A stretch of DNA of 64,000 bases. Source: Sminthopsis crassicaudata. Taxonomy: Eukaryota. The notes under the pieces are model-generated. The model was not told the origin of the DNA, did no database searches, and worked only from the letters and a program-made list of their open reading frames with translations. The stretch's first letter is position 1; each line of letters starts with the position of its first letter. This document shows, piece after piece, positions 1-11,943 of this stretch. The DNA is taken from NCBI RefSeq assembly GCF_048593235.1, contig NC_133619.1:524857644-524921643 (forward strand), given 5' to 3'. The position numbers and the translations under genes are program-made.

Positions 1-404
1 CAAACTGGACAAACGGGAACATATCAAGAGAAATGGATTAATAGCATTCCTTACAGGGAGTGGTTGAAAGAATGGGAGGTGGTTAGCCTGGAGAAAAGCC
101 TCAAGGAATATGATAGGTCTCTCAGTGTATTAAGTAAGGGCTGCCACACAGAAGTAGAATTAATAGCAATGTGATAATACACATTTATAACTGAGGTTTT
201 GTTTTTCTTGCTTTCTCAATGAAGAAGGGAGGAGGTAAGATGGGGAGAATTGGCCCGAAAATAAAACAAAATTGAATTAAATGAAAAAGAATAACAATAG
301 ACAAAAATTGAAGAAAGGCTCAATAATAATATTAAGTACTGTTTTTTCATTTTGTATTTTCAGAGTCTAGCCCAATACCTTACATCTAGTAAATTCTTTT
401 TTTC

Positions 405-560
405 CCTTGAGGCAATTGGGGTTAAGTGACTTGCCCAGGGTCACACAGCCAGGAAGCATTAAGTATCTGAGGCCAAATTTGAACTCAAGTCCTCCTGACT
501 GTGTGGTGAATACAGCACGGAGGATATCCTCCGTGCTGTAGCCACCACACCACCCTACCT
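405..560 (-). mobile_element. WSINE1-like CORE-SINE (older variant) whose 5' part contains a fold-back palindrome
   Basis: GAGGCAATTGGGGTTAAGTGACTTGCCCAGGGTCACACAG...GAACTCAAGTCCTCCTGACT is the reverse complement of the marsupial SINE body seen repeatedly in this window. Confidence 0.8.
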
Positions 561-2078
561 AGTAAATTCTTAATAAATATAGTTGAATGAACAAATCCAA
601 GACATCTAAGAAAGAATAAAATGAGTTTCACTATAACTATAGATATTCAAGCAAAGCCTAGATAACTATTTGCTGGGGATGCTTTGGTATTCTGGTTAGA
701 TATTGATTGAATGAGTTTTCAACTAAAATAGCTACCTTCCAACTCCAAAATAGTATGATTCTAATAATTCTAGTTGTTACTGATAGATAGAAAACATTCT
801 AAGGAAGAGCTTCAATCTCTCAATCAGGCAATTTTTGTCATGAGAGATACAAAAACATCAGAAAAACTTAGAATTAGAAGAAATTTCAGATATCATCTAG
901 TCAAACCTATACTTAAACAGGAATTTCCCATCAAATAGTTATCTGAAATCAGCCTAACATGTCCAGCAATGGAGAACTCACTACCTCTCAAGGCAACCCA
1001 TACCAATTTGGGATAGTGCTAATTAGGTAGCTTTTATTTCTATGAAGCCAAAATCTGCTTCTTTGCCAATTCTACCTAAATAAGACAAAATCAAGACATA
1101 TATTCATTACTCTTCTTCCAGTGATGTCCCTTTGATCTTGAGTTTGGAGCATGATGATATAATACTGGGCAGAAAACAATCAGGCAACAGAGAAAGCTAT
1201 TCCTGCTTCAACTGCTGTCACTTACTTGTGACGAGGTTATTGTCCTTGAAACAACAGGATATTCATCAAGCTAGAACCTGTCACTAAGTTCACAATGTCT
1301 GAGAAAAACTCATAGCAATGTGAATCAGTCAGAATAAAATGCGGCTTAAGTACAGAACACAGCCTAAGAGTGAGCTATTAGTCCAGGATTGGAGCATTCC
1401 TAGGAGCACTCAGAATGCCTCTTACTTCACTCTAGAAGGTAGTCCTTCGGAGATCTTGCCAAAGGAATTTTGGCTCTAATTCCACATCGAATCTTTCTAG
1501 GGATATCATAATCATATATGGGGGACTCCCCCAAATTTACCAGTATAAGGGTAAATATGAAGACGGAAGACTGTGACCAATTTTGCGCAATGGTTTGGAA
1601 TTGGCAAAGCCATCTGGTTACAGAAGTAGCTGGGATTTAACACAAGCGAAACTTATACGTAATTTCTACCAGCTGCTCTGCCTGGGAGAGAAATAAGAGA
1701 AACATAGGATGGAAGTTTCCGCCACTATGCCTGCCATATTGCCAGAAATAGCTGCTACTCCCGTATTTTTTACAACAAAGCACCCTAAGGCCCTCCATAC
1801 ATCTCTATCTACATATGACATATGACATATGTGATGGACCAAATATATACAAATAGTTCATGGTCCTTCCTATCTCCATGCCTTCAATCATGTTGTTTCC
1901 TCACCTAAAATAACTGACCCTCTCCACTCTGCCTCTCCAAATCCTTCATCTCTCTCAAGGTCCAACTCTGTTGTCACCTGCTCCAAATGTAGCCTTCTCT
2001 CTTGACTTTAACCCTCATTCTCACTCTCCTTTGACATTCTACCACACTTGTAGTTTACCTTTTAATAGCTGTGTCATT

Positions 2079-2236
2079 GGGGGCAGCTAGGTGGCGCAGT
2101 GGATAGAGCACCAGTCTTGAATTCAGGAGGACCTGAGTTCAAATTTGATCTCAGACACTTAACACTTCCTAGCTGTGTGACCCTGAGCAAGTCACTTAAT
2201 CTCAGCCTCAGGAAAAAAAAAAAAAAAAAAAAAAAG
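2079..2236 (+). mobile_element. Young full-length WSINE1-type SINE with poly-A tail and target-site duplication
   Basis: GGGGCAGCTAGGTGGCGCAGTGGATAGAGCACC...GAGTTCAAAT (Pol III A/B boxes), A tail, TSD AATAGCTGTGTC at 2064-2075 and 2237-2248. Confidence 0.95.
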
Positions 2237-3539
2237 AATAGCTGTGTCTTTCTGGGCAATCACTTAAGCTTTCTGGATCTCAGTTTCTCCATCTATAAAA
2301 TTAAGAGGTTGGATTTGATTATCTATAAAGTCCCTTCCAGATTCTAAATCTTATGTTCCTCTTCTGTGATGCTATGATCTTCCATTCTGCAATTTTCACT
2401 AATGTTCTGGTGTTGTTGTGTTCCCCATTTGAGCATAAGAGCGATAATTGTCTTTTATTGCTTTTTCAACCCCTAGAAGAACCTAATAAAATGCTGAGCA
2501 CAAAACAGGTGTTTATTAATACTTGTTAAACTGAATAGTTCTCTCATAGAGATGCCTATTCATAGTAGATACAGTCACATGCAGTGTGAGTACTATGAAT
2601 ATATACATACATGTGTCTGTATATATGTCTTTCTCTTTGTATTACCAAATAGAATATAAATAGTTTTAGGATCATCTACAAGTTTGGATGATTATGTTTC
2701 TACTCTTCTCTATTAGCACATACAATGGAAGATTGAATCCACACACACACACACACAAAGAAAAGAAAAGGAGATAAGAGCAGTAAAAGAATACACATGG
2801 AAATAGGATATGGTGACAAAGTGCAGGCTGATGAGTGAGATACAGTGAGTAAGTAAGCAGGAAGAAAAAAAAGTAGAATGGTGAGAGACAGGGGTTGCAG
2901 AAAGCCAATAAAGGAAGCACCAAATGCTAATGCTTTACATAAAATGTATCAAAATTATGAGATAAAAGTATACTTAATACTAATTTTTTAAAACGAGCCA
3001 CCAGCTCATTTTATGTTAAGGACAATGGTTTCTAGATAAAAATTAGATTAGGGCAGCGACATCTTGTGGATAATCTGTGTGTGACAGCTGAACAAATTTA
3101 GGTCTCAATTCACTCTTCAGGTCTTCCCATCTCTAGATTGTTTGGGTATATGAGGTATGATTTTTACAATGTAATAATGCAATTAAAATGCAATAAATAT
3201 AAATCCCCTCTGTGGAGACGGTGTATTCCTTGAAGCTAGTGATCAGACTACTCTACTACCAGGTCACTTTTTGTCTCATCAGTTCAATTCCCTTCTGAAC
3301 TTGACAAAGTCTAAAATATACATGGATTTTCTTTCTTTTTTTAAAAGTCTTGATGCTGATGAATAAATGATACTTTCCATTCTTTACCTAATTTATAGAT
3401 TCTAAGCAGTCCAGATAGAGATACCATAGTCAAAAACCCAGTGAGCTGGGAAAGAGAAAGGGTTCCAGTACAAATGTGAAACATTAGATTTATGTGATTA
3501 CTGCACCGAGTGGTCCAGAGTCCAGAACTATAACCTCAT

Positions 3540-3975
3540 GATATCACTGATGAGTAAATTGGGCTCTAAGCTGAGATGGATCAGCTCTTCTCCTCCTGGG
3601 TCTGATTACCCTCTCTCTCCTTCCCCAAAGTAACCAAGGGCAGGTCCGGTAGCGAATGAATTAGCTATCAATGCTGTATCAAAACAAAGTCTTTATTGAG
3701 AGAAAAGGGATAGACAGGCATTTGGCCTCTAGAAAGGCCAAACTGCTTGGCAAGGGGACACCAGTTGGTGGGCACAAGGCAAGTATAAACCGAGTGTGAG
3801 GAAAACAATTTTAGACCTTCAATTTAAGCATAACTAAGGTCATAAAACAACGTTTACACAGAGATGTTATCCAAGAGGTTCCGGAGATATTTGTAAATAA
3901 GACAGGAATTTCTCTTAATCATTTGTGTCTCAAGTTACCCCTCCTCAGACAAGAATTTTCCTGTTAATTATTTTT
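3540..3975 (-). mobile_element. Probable solo LTR (ERV-like); boundaries approximate
   Basis: Minus-strand AATAAA in an LTR-like R/U5 context (plus strand GTCTTTATTGAGAG), noncoding, ends ...GATATCA on the minus strand; no TSD identified. Confidence 0.4.
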
Positions 3976-4043
3976 ATCTTGGGCTATCTCCTCTTTGACC
4001 TTATCATCATCACACTAGTCTGAAGGATACAGCAGAAACTTAC

Positions 4044-4100
4044 CAATGGCTCTCCTGCCTGCAGAGGGCTACAATACCCCATGATCACTGGGGTCCCCAT
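4044..4100 (-). CDS. DIXDC1: Probable alternative first coding exon of DIXDC1 (MGTPVIMGYCSPLQAGEPL, 19 aa); whole exon 4044-4175
   Basis: Long polypyrimidine acceptor (...CTCTTCTGCAG) before 4175, ATG at 4100, 57 nt to a consensus donor TTG|GTAAGT in phase 0. Synteny places DIXDC1 next on this strand. Resembles my recollection of a human DIXDC1 isoform N-terminus (MGTQVVM...). Confidence 0.6.
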
Positions 4101-5866
4101 TTCCTGTGGCCCTGTGGATGCTGGGTCAAAGTCCCTCTCAGGAAGCAAGGACAAGGAAGAGGAAGAAAGAGGGGCCTGCAGAAGAGATAAGAGAAAAAAG
4201 TTTAGGAACTGCTGAAAGCTGAAATTTTTAAAAATCAGGATTCTAGTACCGAGAAGCTCAGACTCAAGTGATCCAAACAAAGCTGTTCCCTAGACGTTAG
4301 AACCCCGGGCCACTGTCACGGCCCTCTGACCAAGGTTTAGCAGTAATAAAGAAGGGGGTGATTCCTGCCTGATGTTTACCCCAAAAGTAACGTGTTCTTC
4401 CGGACCTATCCACCAGGGCCCCAGGATCTCTACTCCTCCCCAACTGAGGCAGCCTTTCATGCCTTCTTAATCTAGACAGAAACATTCCTACTTGTGTCTT
4501 TGTATGTTTTACAGCTTTGTGAAACCTCGAGAAAGCCGAGAAGGGCTGTAAATATCACCATCTCTTGGTTTCTCCCTGTCCTTCTCCTTTCCCAGGTTCC
4601 GTCCACAAGAGCAAGATTTCCACTGTCCCCGACACCATCCCACCAAGGAAACGCGGACTTTCAGTTCTCTGCATAAAGAAAAAGTACCTTCCCTCTCTCT
4701 GCCGGCCTGGCGTCAGGCTCAGAGACAGCCAGAGTTACCTGCTGTACCCTGGAGCACTGCTTACCGCAATATTATATTCCCAATGACCAGGTAGGAATCA
4801 AAGAAGTGAATAATTGTTGGCCCAGAGTAAAAAAAAAACACGTTTATCAGCACCAGACTCCATCCCTGAATTAAGTGCTGTGCTCGGCTAACTGTGGCCC
4901 AGAAAGCGCTCAGGACCTCCCACGGCTTGGATCAGGGGCCTTCCCTCCCCCACGTCCGTGCCCCCCCCCTCCCGGCCCTCCTGCCTCCCATTAGAACTTG
5001 CGCTCCTTGAAAGCGGAGATTATCTTGCTTTTCTAGTTGTATCAGCAGGCTCAGCACAGTGCTTTGCACAGGGTAGACGCTTAATAAATGTTTCATTCAT
5101 TCATTCATTCCCGCCATGCCCAGGCAGGCTCTCCCTTGTCTTTCACCCCGTGGGCAGGCTGCAGTACCGCCCGAGGCCGCAGGCCCACCACCCGCTCCGT
5201 GCCTCGGTTACTCTTTGCCCCACAACTTTAAGTTCCTAGAAATAATAATAACAGCAACTCACACTTCCGGGGCGCTTCAAGATTCACAAAGCTCTTTCCA
5301 ACGGCAACATTGTAAAGGAGTAGAGTGTCCCCTGTTACAGACGAGGAAGGCTATAACCCTTCCAGACGCGGAGTCCTGGCTTGCCCGCCCCGGACCCAGG
5401 CGCACAGGGAGAGGCCCTGGGTGCTGGCAGCCCCGCTGGGTCAGGGCCTGCTCCAGACTCGGCTCGGGCCCAGGTGGAGGCTCCCGGAGGCGCGGCGCGT
5501 TCCCGCTGCCATGACGACGCGGAGACAGGCCCGTCCCCCTCAGGCCCCGCCTCTCGCCAGCCCCCCGCCCTCTTCCACATTTTCTCGGTAGGTCCCAGGG
5601 ATGGACTTGTCCCCGCCCTCTTCTCCACCTTAGTCTACTCCCATCCCAGACCACGCCTCCATGTCTGGCAACACCCCCCCATGTAAATTCTCTCTATCCC
5701 CGCCCCCCTCACGAGCCCCTCGCACCACGTTCCTCCACCCGCCCACCCCCCATCACTTCTTGGACCGAGACCCTGTCTCTGAGAGTGGGGGGCAGAGTGA
5801 CCCCCGAGAAGACGCCCCCTCTCCCCAGAGAAGGCACGAACTCCTATGCAGCGTGTTCCACATGGG

Positions 5867-5872
5867 TTTATT
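5867..5872 (-). terminator. Candidate C11orf52 polyadenylation signal
   Basis: AATAAA on the minus strand about 660 nt after the stop codon; the first I found downstream. Confidence 0.45.
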
Positions 5873-6528
5873 CATCCCGTAATCCACTTTCCCCGGACAG
5901 GCAGGGCCGGCCCTTGGGGCTCCGAGCGCCTAAGCTGGCCTGGAAAACAAGGGACTAATCCCAGGACGAGCCCGGCCAGCTTCCTCCTGCTCCCCACTCC
6001 TCCCTGGAGGTGCTTCCCTCCCCGCCACGGGCTCGCCCCTTGTATCGGGACGAACTATCGTCCAGGGGAGGAGCTCCTGTGTCCACTGCCCACGAGTGGC
6101 TGCTCGCATCGGGCGGACACCGTGCTTTCGGGAAGCAGAATCTTCAGGGGTTAATTTTTTCTCTAGCTCCTGGGCTTCCTCTGGATCAGGTTACCCCCAG
6201 GTGGCAATCAGGCTTTTGTCCAATTGCTTATAGGGTTACCCACGTTTTTGTGTTTGTGTGGGAGCGAGGGACTCCTGGAAACTGAGCCCGGCTCTGCTGG
6301 TTTGTGGAGACTCGTCCGCCTTCGGTTTCTGATACCAGCAAAGCTGTTCTTAAAATGCACACACTGACCCGAAAAGGGGACCAGGAGCCCAGACACTGAC
6401 AAACAAAGGAGGGCTGCCACCTAGTCCCAGCAGTATCGGTTATCTCGTGCGGAAGCGCGGGACTTTGGTCCTCTGGTGGCGGAGAGGGCCCGCCCCGGCT
6501 CTCCGTTCCACAGCGCTTCACTACGCGC

Positions 6529-6777
6529 TTACACCAGGGTACCATTTTTGCTGTCGTAGTGGGGTGTGGCTTGGGGAAACCTAATGGTCGCGTACTCGGT
6601 GGCGTTCTGTATCTGAAGGTGCTTCACCTCGCGGGCAGATCGCGGCTGGGCGCGGCTGCACACTTGGATGTCTGCGTAATGCAAGCCGCCGTCCTCTGGC
6701 TGGGGGCCTCGGGGCCCCTCTCCGGGCCTGGGCAGCTCCGGCACCACTTCATAGGTGTGTCCCACCGTCTCGCGGCC
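6529..6777 (-). CDS. C11orf52: C11orf52 exon 4 (GRETVGHTYEVV...LHYADIQVC...TEYATIRFPQATPHYDSKNGTLV*)
   Basis: Acceptor TCCTCTGCCCCACAG|GGC, phase 0; peptide matches the human C11orf52 C-terminus (YADIQVCS, ATEYAT.RFPQATP.YDSKNGTLV). Confidence 0.95.
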   Translation of the reverse strand, partial: GRETVGHTYEVVPELPRPGEGPRGPQPEDGGLHYADIQVCSRAQPRSAREVKHLQIQNATEYATIRFPQATPHYDSKNGTLV

Positions 6778-7012
6778 CTGTGGGGCAGAGGAAGGATGTA
6801 GGGAACCGAGGTTTGGTTTCGTGCCTCCCTCCCAGCGGAGTCCGTTATAAAAATCGTCTCTTATTCTGCCTCTGTAGGAACGAGCAGACCCAGAAAGTTC
6901 TGCACACCCTGAGCCCTCTCTGTCCAAGTGTAAAGACCCTTAGTTCTCGATGTCGTGTTAGAGGCCTTCCCCCAGGGAGTGGAAGGGGGACAGGAATGGG
7001 CTATCACATTAC

Positions 7013-7062
7013 CTTTGTGCTCTTCTGCGGCTGCTTCTCTGCGCTCCTTTTCGCATGACTCC
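7013..7062 (-). CDS. C11orf52: C11orf52 exon 3 (GSHAKRSAEKQPQKSTK)
   Basis: TTCCTTCCCTTCAG|GG...AAG|GTAATG; 50 nt, bridges phase 1 to phase 0 exactly. Confidence 0.88.
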
Positions 7063-7342
7063 CTGAAGGGAAGGAACCCAAATGATTAAACACGAAAAGA
7101 GCACTTAATATCATATCCTGGGATGGGGGGTGGGAAAACGAAGGCAGGAGCATTGTGAATGTGGAGGCAGCTCGAGTTCTTCAAATAGTCTGTTTAAAAC
7201 TATTTCTCCATGTTATTTGCAAACCTTCCTTTTGCCCTCTCCAAAATATCCTTTTATTCTCCATATCCTCTCTAATTTCTTCCTCTCCATACCCCCATTC
7301 CACTGGTGTCCTGAGAGCCCCTTTCCCCAGTCCCTAACTTAC

Positions 7343-7380
7343 CTCTGTCCTTTTTCTTGTGGAATGATGCCGGGCAGCTC
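7343..7380 (-). CDS. C11orf52: C11orf52 exon 2 (WSCPASFHKKKDRG)
   Basis: CTTCCATCACAG|GAGCTGCCC...AGAG|GTAAGT; 38 nt, phase 2 to phase 1; similar to human SCPSTFQKKKKTG. Confidence 0.92.
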
Positions 7381-7570
7381 CTGTGATGGAAGACACATTA
7401 AGTAAGTGTGCACCATTCTCCCACACTCGTCCTCCAGCCCCAGCCCTATACACATGGGCACTGCAGCAATTCTGATGATGGGAAGGATCCTTAGGGATAA
7501 AAACTAGACTATGATTTTTTTGGTAGAGGGAATTCTTCAAAGAGACAAATTTTCCTCTTCAATTCTACTC

Positions 7571-7713
7571 TCTCTCTCCCCCTCCCCCCCCCCAGGCTGG
7601 GGGTGTTAAGCGACTTGCCAGCTAGGAAGTGTTAAGTATCTGAGATCGGATTTGAACTCGGGTTCTTCTGAATTCAAGGCTGGTGCTCTATCCACTGCGC
7701 CACCTAGCGGCCC
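7571..7713 (-). mobile_element. Young WSINE1-type SINE with G/GA-rich tail, internal deletion and 14-bp TSD
   Basis: TSD CTTCAATTCTACTC at 7557-7570 and 7714-7727; body lacks CAGGGTCACAC. Confidence 0.9.
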
Positions 7714-7845
7714 CTTCAATTCTACTCCTAGAGAGTTGCCTAGAACACTAAGTCTTTCCTAGGAAACATCACCAGAATGATGTCAGACAAACTTTGAACG
7801 TGTCTTCCTGACTTTGTTACCAGCTTTCTATCCATTGTATCATAC

Positions 7846-8410
7846 TGAGGAGGTCCTGAGGAGCCGGGTGGGCATTAGTAGAGCAAGCTTGAATCACTGT
7901 AAACAATCTGGAAATCTACTTCCTAGCAAGCAAGGAGGAACGCTGATAAAATTGTAATAATCCCAGAGGCAAGAAGGGAGAAGCATATATAGGTTCATCT
8001 TAGCGGTAAGTGCTTTTTATTCTCTGCATTGACAAAATCATCATAACCCCAATTTACTGTATCCTATTTGAAAGCTTAGTTATGATGTCAGCCACCCATG
8101 TTATATTTCCCCTATAAAAGATGTGCTCATAATGTAGAATTTCCCTTTTTAAGGCTTGCCCACCAGTCAATGGTTTACTCCCACCTTATGGCATCCTTCT
8201 CCTTATTATAGCTAACTGCTTCCTGGAGTTAATCAGCTAACTTCTCTTGAAATTTAGTCTGTTTTTAACAGTGTAATAAAACCTTGCCCTTGATGTGGAG
8301 GTCTAGGCTTACAAATTCTTTTGAAATACCCCATAACATCAGCCCACAACTCCAATATACTTTTGGGGTATCCCCTATGCCCCACCCTTTTGGGGGGTAA
8401 CTTCATCATT
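7846..8410 (+). mobile_element. Probable solo LTR; boundaries approximate
   Basis: TATA-like CCTATAAAAG near 8110, AATAAA near 8275, U5-like tail ending CCCCATAACA. Confidence 0.5.
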
Positions 8411-10414
8411 TTGATGGCCTGTTATGGAGAAGTCTGATTGCCCTATAACCTCAACAAAGTTACTAAACCTGGCTGATGATGAACATTATCATCATCATCA
8501 TCATTCTCTGTCGATATACCCAAATATATATTGTTTCACTGACATGGATGTACACTCCAAAACAAATTGCAATGCCTCTCTGTTCCCATGCCCCAGCAAA
8601 ATAATGATCAGGCTCTGGTCAAAACAAACAAACAAAAATCACCTGGCTGTTAACCTTCTGGAGATAATCTTCAAGGAACACTATTACTAGATGGATCCTT
8701 ACTGGAATCCTTCCTCACTCAGTAGGACTCCCTGCCAGAGCTTATGTTCTGGCATTGCTTTTGAGAATTCTAGGCCACTTCACAGTATGAAGTGGTATTA
8801 AAACCAAATTTGTAATAATAATAATAAATACCACCTATGGGAAATCCTTTTCAACTCTTTTAATTCCAGTGCATGCCTTATTTATCCTATGTATAGCTTA
8901 CTCTGTAAATATTTGTTAGCTTGTTTCCTCCATCAGATTGTAAGCTCCATGAGGACAAGGACTATCTTTTGCCTTTTTTTGTTTCTTTAGCACTTAGCAC
9001 AGTACCTGACATGTTAGTAAATTATTTACTGAATGGAAACGTGACTTTTTCCTGTGGGCCATAGTTCTGCCCTCTGCAGTCAAGCAGAAAAAATTTAATC
9101 TCTTTTTCACTGGACAACATTTCATATTTTTGAAGGCAACTACAAAGATGCCCACTTAAGTCTTTTCTTCTTGGGGGTAAATATTCCTAGTTCTTCAAAT
9201 CTGCTCACCATTCTAGTCATAACTTTTCTAAAACATGCTTCAGTTTGTCATTTCCCTCCTAAAATATTTCAATTCCCTTATTCTAGACTTCTGTTAATGC
9301 AGCTTAGCTTTGGGAGCATCTTCTGGTTGACTCAATGCTTTTGTATAATATACATTTTAAAACATCCTTTTAGTTTCTTTAGAAGAGTTAGGAAATCATA
9401 TTTCTCCAAGCTAACACCATTTCCATATTTTTCCTCTTAGGAAAGTAGGTAGAACAAAAGCTAAACATTATTTCTTGGGCTTCTGTTCTTTCTCAGGGAA
9501 ACGGATCAGTGGTTAATAACCGAACTTCAGCATGGATAAAATCCTCATCTGTCGAATTGATTAGTGCCTTGACCTAAGAGCAGTGTCCTCTTTTGCATTT
9601 TGTGTTGAGATATAGATTGAAGAATCTAATATTCTTGTGATGGAAAGAGGACTAGGGAAACTGACTATGGAATACAGAATAATATTTTCACCTTTGTGGT
9701 TGTTATTGTTTGTTTGTTTGCTTGTTTTTTTTTTTTCTTTCTCATTTCTCCCCTCTTTTGATCTGATTGTTCTTATATAGCATGATGAATGTGGAAATAT
9801 GTTTAGAAGAATTGCATATGAATTATTATATTGGATTACTTGCTGTCTAGGGGAGGGAAGGTGGAGGGTGAGGAAGGGAGAAACATTTGGAACACAAGGT
9901 TTTGCAAGGGTGGATGTTGAAAATTATCTTTGCAGTATTTTGAAAAATGAAAAACTATTATTTTTTTTAAAGATATAGATTACAGAAAAGAACTTTTTAG
10001 TTTTTAAGTGGTCCAGAAAAAAACTAGAATGCTACTATATTTAACATATGACATTTCACATGCACAAGTTTCCTATAAATGTTACATCAATTCTTTTAGG
10101 GAGATAATCATGTCACAGGGTATGGGAGATTATATCAATTTGGATATTTCTCTCTCCAAGCTAGAAATGACATGGATATAGATTAATATTTAATAAAATT
10201 ATCTCTAGCAAACATGAGCCAAATCAGAGTACATTATTAGCGCTCATATTTTTTCTTCATTGTTAGTTTATAGTCTCTTAAAATTTCCGGTCTTTTTCCT
10301 ATATTGTGTATCTCCATCCTGTACTTTGGAAGTTTTTGTTTTTGTCTTAAAACCTAAATGTAGAACTTTATACTTGCTAAAGCTCATTTTACTCAGTTCT
10401 GCCCATTGTTCTAT

Positions 10415-11100
10415 GATCTAGAAAAACTTCTAGATCCCAGAGGTCCTGGATATCAGGGTGGGGGTGGCTGAGAAAGGGAGAAGTATTGATTAGGTTATAA
10501 TATGCAAGCAGGGAAGAATTCCCTCAGGGAAGTTGATGGGGATCAATTCAGCCTTATCTCTTTGGAGGTCTTGAGAAACCCCACCTTAGGTATCCAGTCC
10601 CAAAGCCAAGTTATGATGTCAAGCCTCCCAGGTTAAATTTCCCCTATAAATTCTGTGCATGGCCTGTGTGTGCCATCTGAGCTGAATCCCTTTTGGGTTA
10701 GGTTTCCCCAGCACTCTGACTTGTGGTGCCTTTCTCCTCACCCCTTCCCCAAGTCTCATGGTGACATTCTCCTATTATAGTAAACTAATTCCTCTAGTTT
10801 GTAAACTTCTCCATGCCAGTTAATAGCATACTCACCTCATGACATATTCCCTTTCTCTTGGTTAATTGTGAGTTCCCCTGGGCAATTTGTCTTTTCCAAC
10901 GTTAATTTTTAACTATATATTCTTTCAAATCTTTTTCATATTTACCACTTCCTTCTTCATTTTGCCAGCTACCTCTTCTCATAAATAAAGGTACCTTTTA
11001 GCAGTGAGAAGGCCATTGTGAATTCTTCACATGTTAATTGCTACTGAGTTCTATCATTTGGTACCAAACCTTATCATCTGGTGCCAGATTCCAACTTCAC
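10415..11100 (+). mobile_element. Solo LTR, related to the copies at 13.3-14.3 kb
   Basis: CCCTATAAA, AATAAA near 10985, shared motif TGTGAATTCTTCACA at 11017-11031 and ATCATCTGGTG near the end. Confidence 0.6.
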
Positions 11101-11943
11101 AGGGTCTTGGCCTGGATCATATACTTAGTAAGCATCTGAGGTCACATTTGTTTGTTTGTTTTGGTAAAGCATTGGGGTTAAATGATATGTCTAGGGTCAC
11201 ACAGCTAGTAAGTGTCTGAGATTGGATTTGAACTCAGATTCTCCTGACTTCAGGGCTAGTGATCTATCCACGTGCCACCTAGCTGCCCCTGAAAGCACAT
11301 TTGAATTCAGATCTTCCCACTTCTGGCCTTTTACTCAGCAACTTCTCCTTTTTGAGCTTCCCTCCCTCATATATCATCCAATTCAGATACAGGTGCCTTT
11401 AGTCGTCTCTCTGAACTCCCAAGACATTCTCCCTATTTTCCCAACAAATTCAGTCCCTTAATCATTGTCTTCCTCTCTACAGTCATAATAGGAAATTTCA
11501 CCTCACAACAGTATTGTATAGTGCTGTACACAATAACACCTTTGGTGTTCCCTCAAATCAATTCAAGTTCCTTGACCTTCCCTTGTACTCCAAGCTGCTA
11601 CACACACAGCAGCTCTTGATATATTCTTAATCAGGGCAGAAACCACAAATTTTCCATTCCTATTTTCAAGAACTGTGGAATTTATTTATTCTATCTTGTT
11701 TTTCTTTCTATCTTGTCCTTATGCTTTATTATTCCCAACTCGATTCCTGGATTCTAATCTCTCCTCTCGAGGCACTCAGGGAACAAAGTATTTGATAAAG
11801 CTTTCTGATTTATAGTCAGGAAGCCTTTGTTGAGCCAGGTCACAGACCCTTACCAGCAGTGTGACCCAGGTCAAGTCACTTATTCTCATCCTTAGTCCTT
11901 GTTATGTAATCTCAAGTGGGTCTTAGCTAGAACACTTTCTATT

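Larger units (their letters stand above)
4900..6900. promoter_or_regulatory. CpG island covering the C11orf52 terminal exon and the probable upstream DIXDC1 promoter
   Basis: High GC and many retained CpGs in an otherwise CpG-depleted window; ETS-like ACTTCCGG near 5263, GC boxes near 5545-5570, RFX-like GCTGCCATGACGAC near 5505. Confidence 0.75.

Noticed and set aside
2099-2160. tRNA-like A/B boxes as tRNA genes
   Set aside because: They are the tRNA-derived heads of SINEs, followed by CORE, tail and TSD.
4958-6420. Many ORFs in the CpG island
   Set aside because: Expected from GC content; low-complexity Pro/Gly/Arg translations in several frames.
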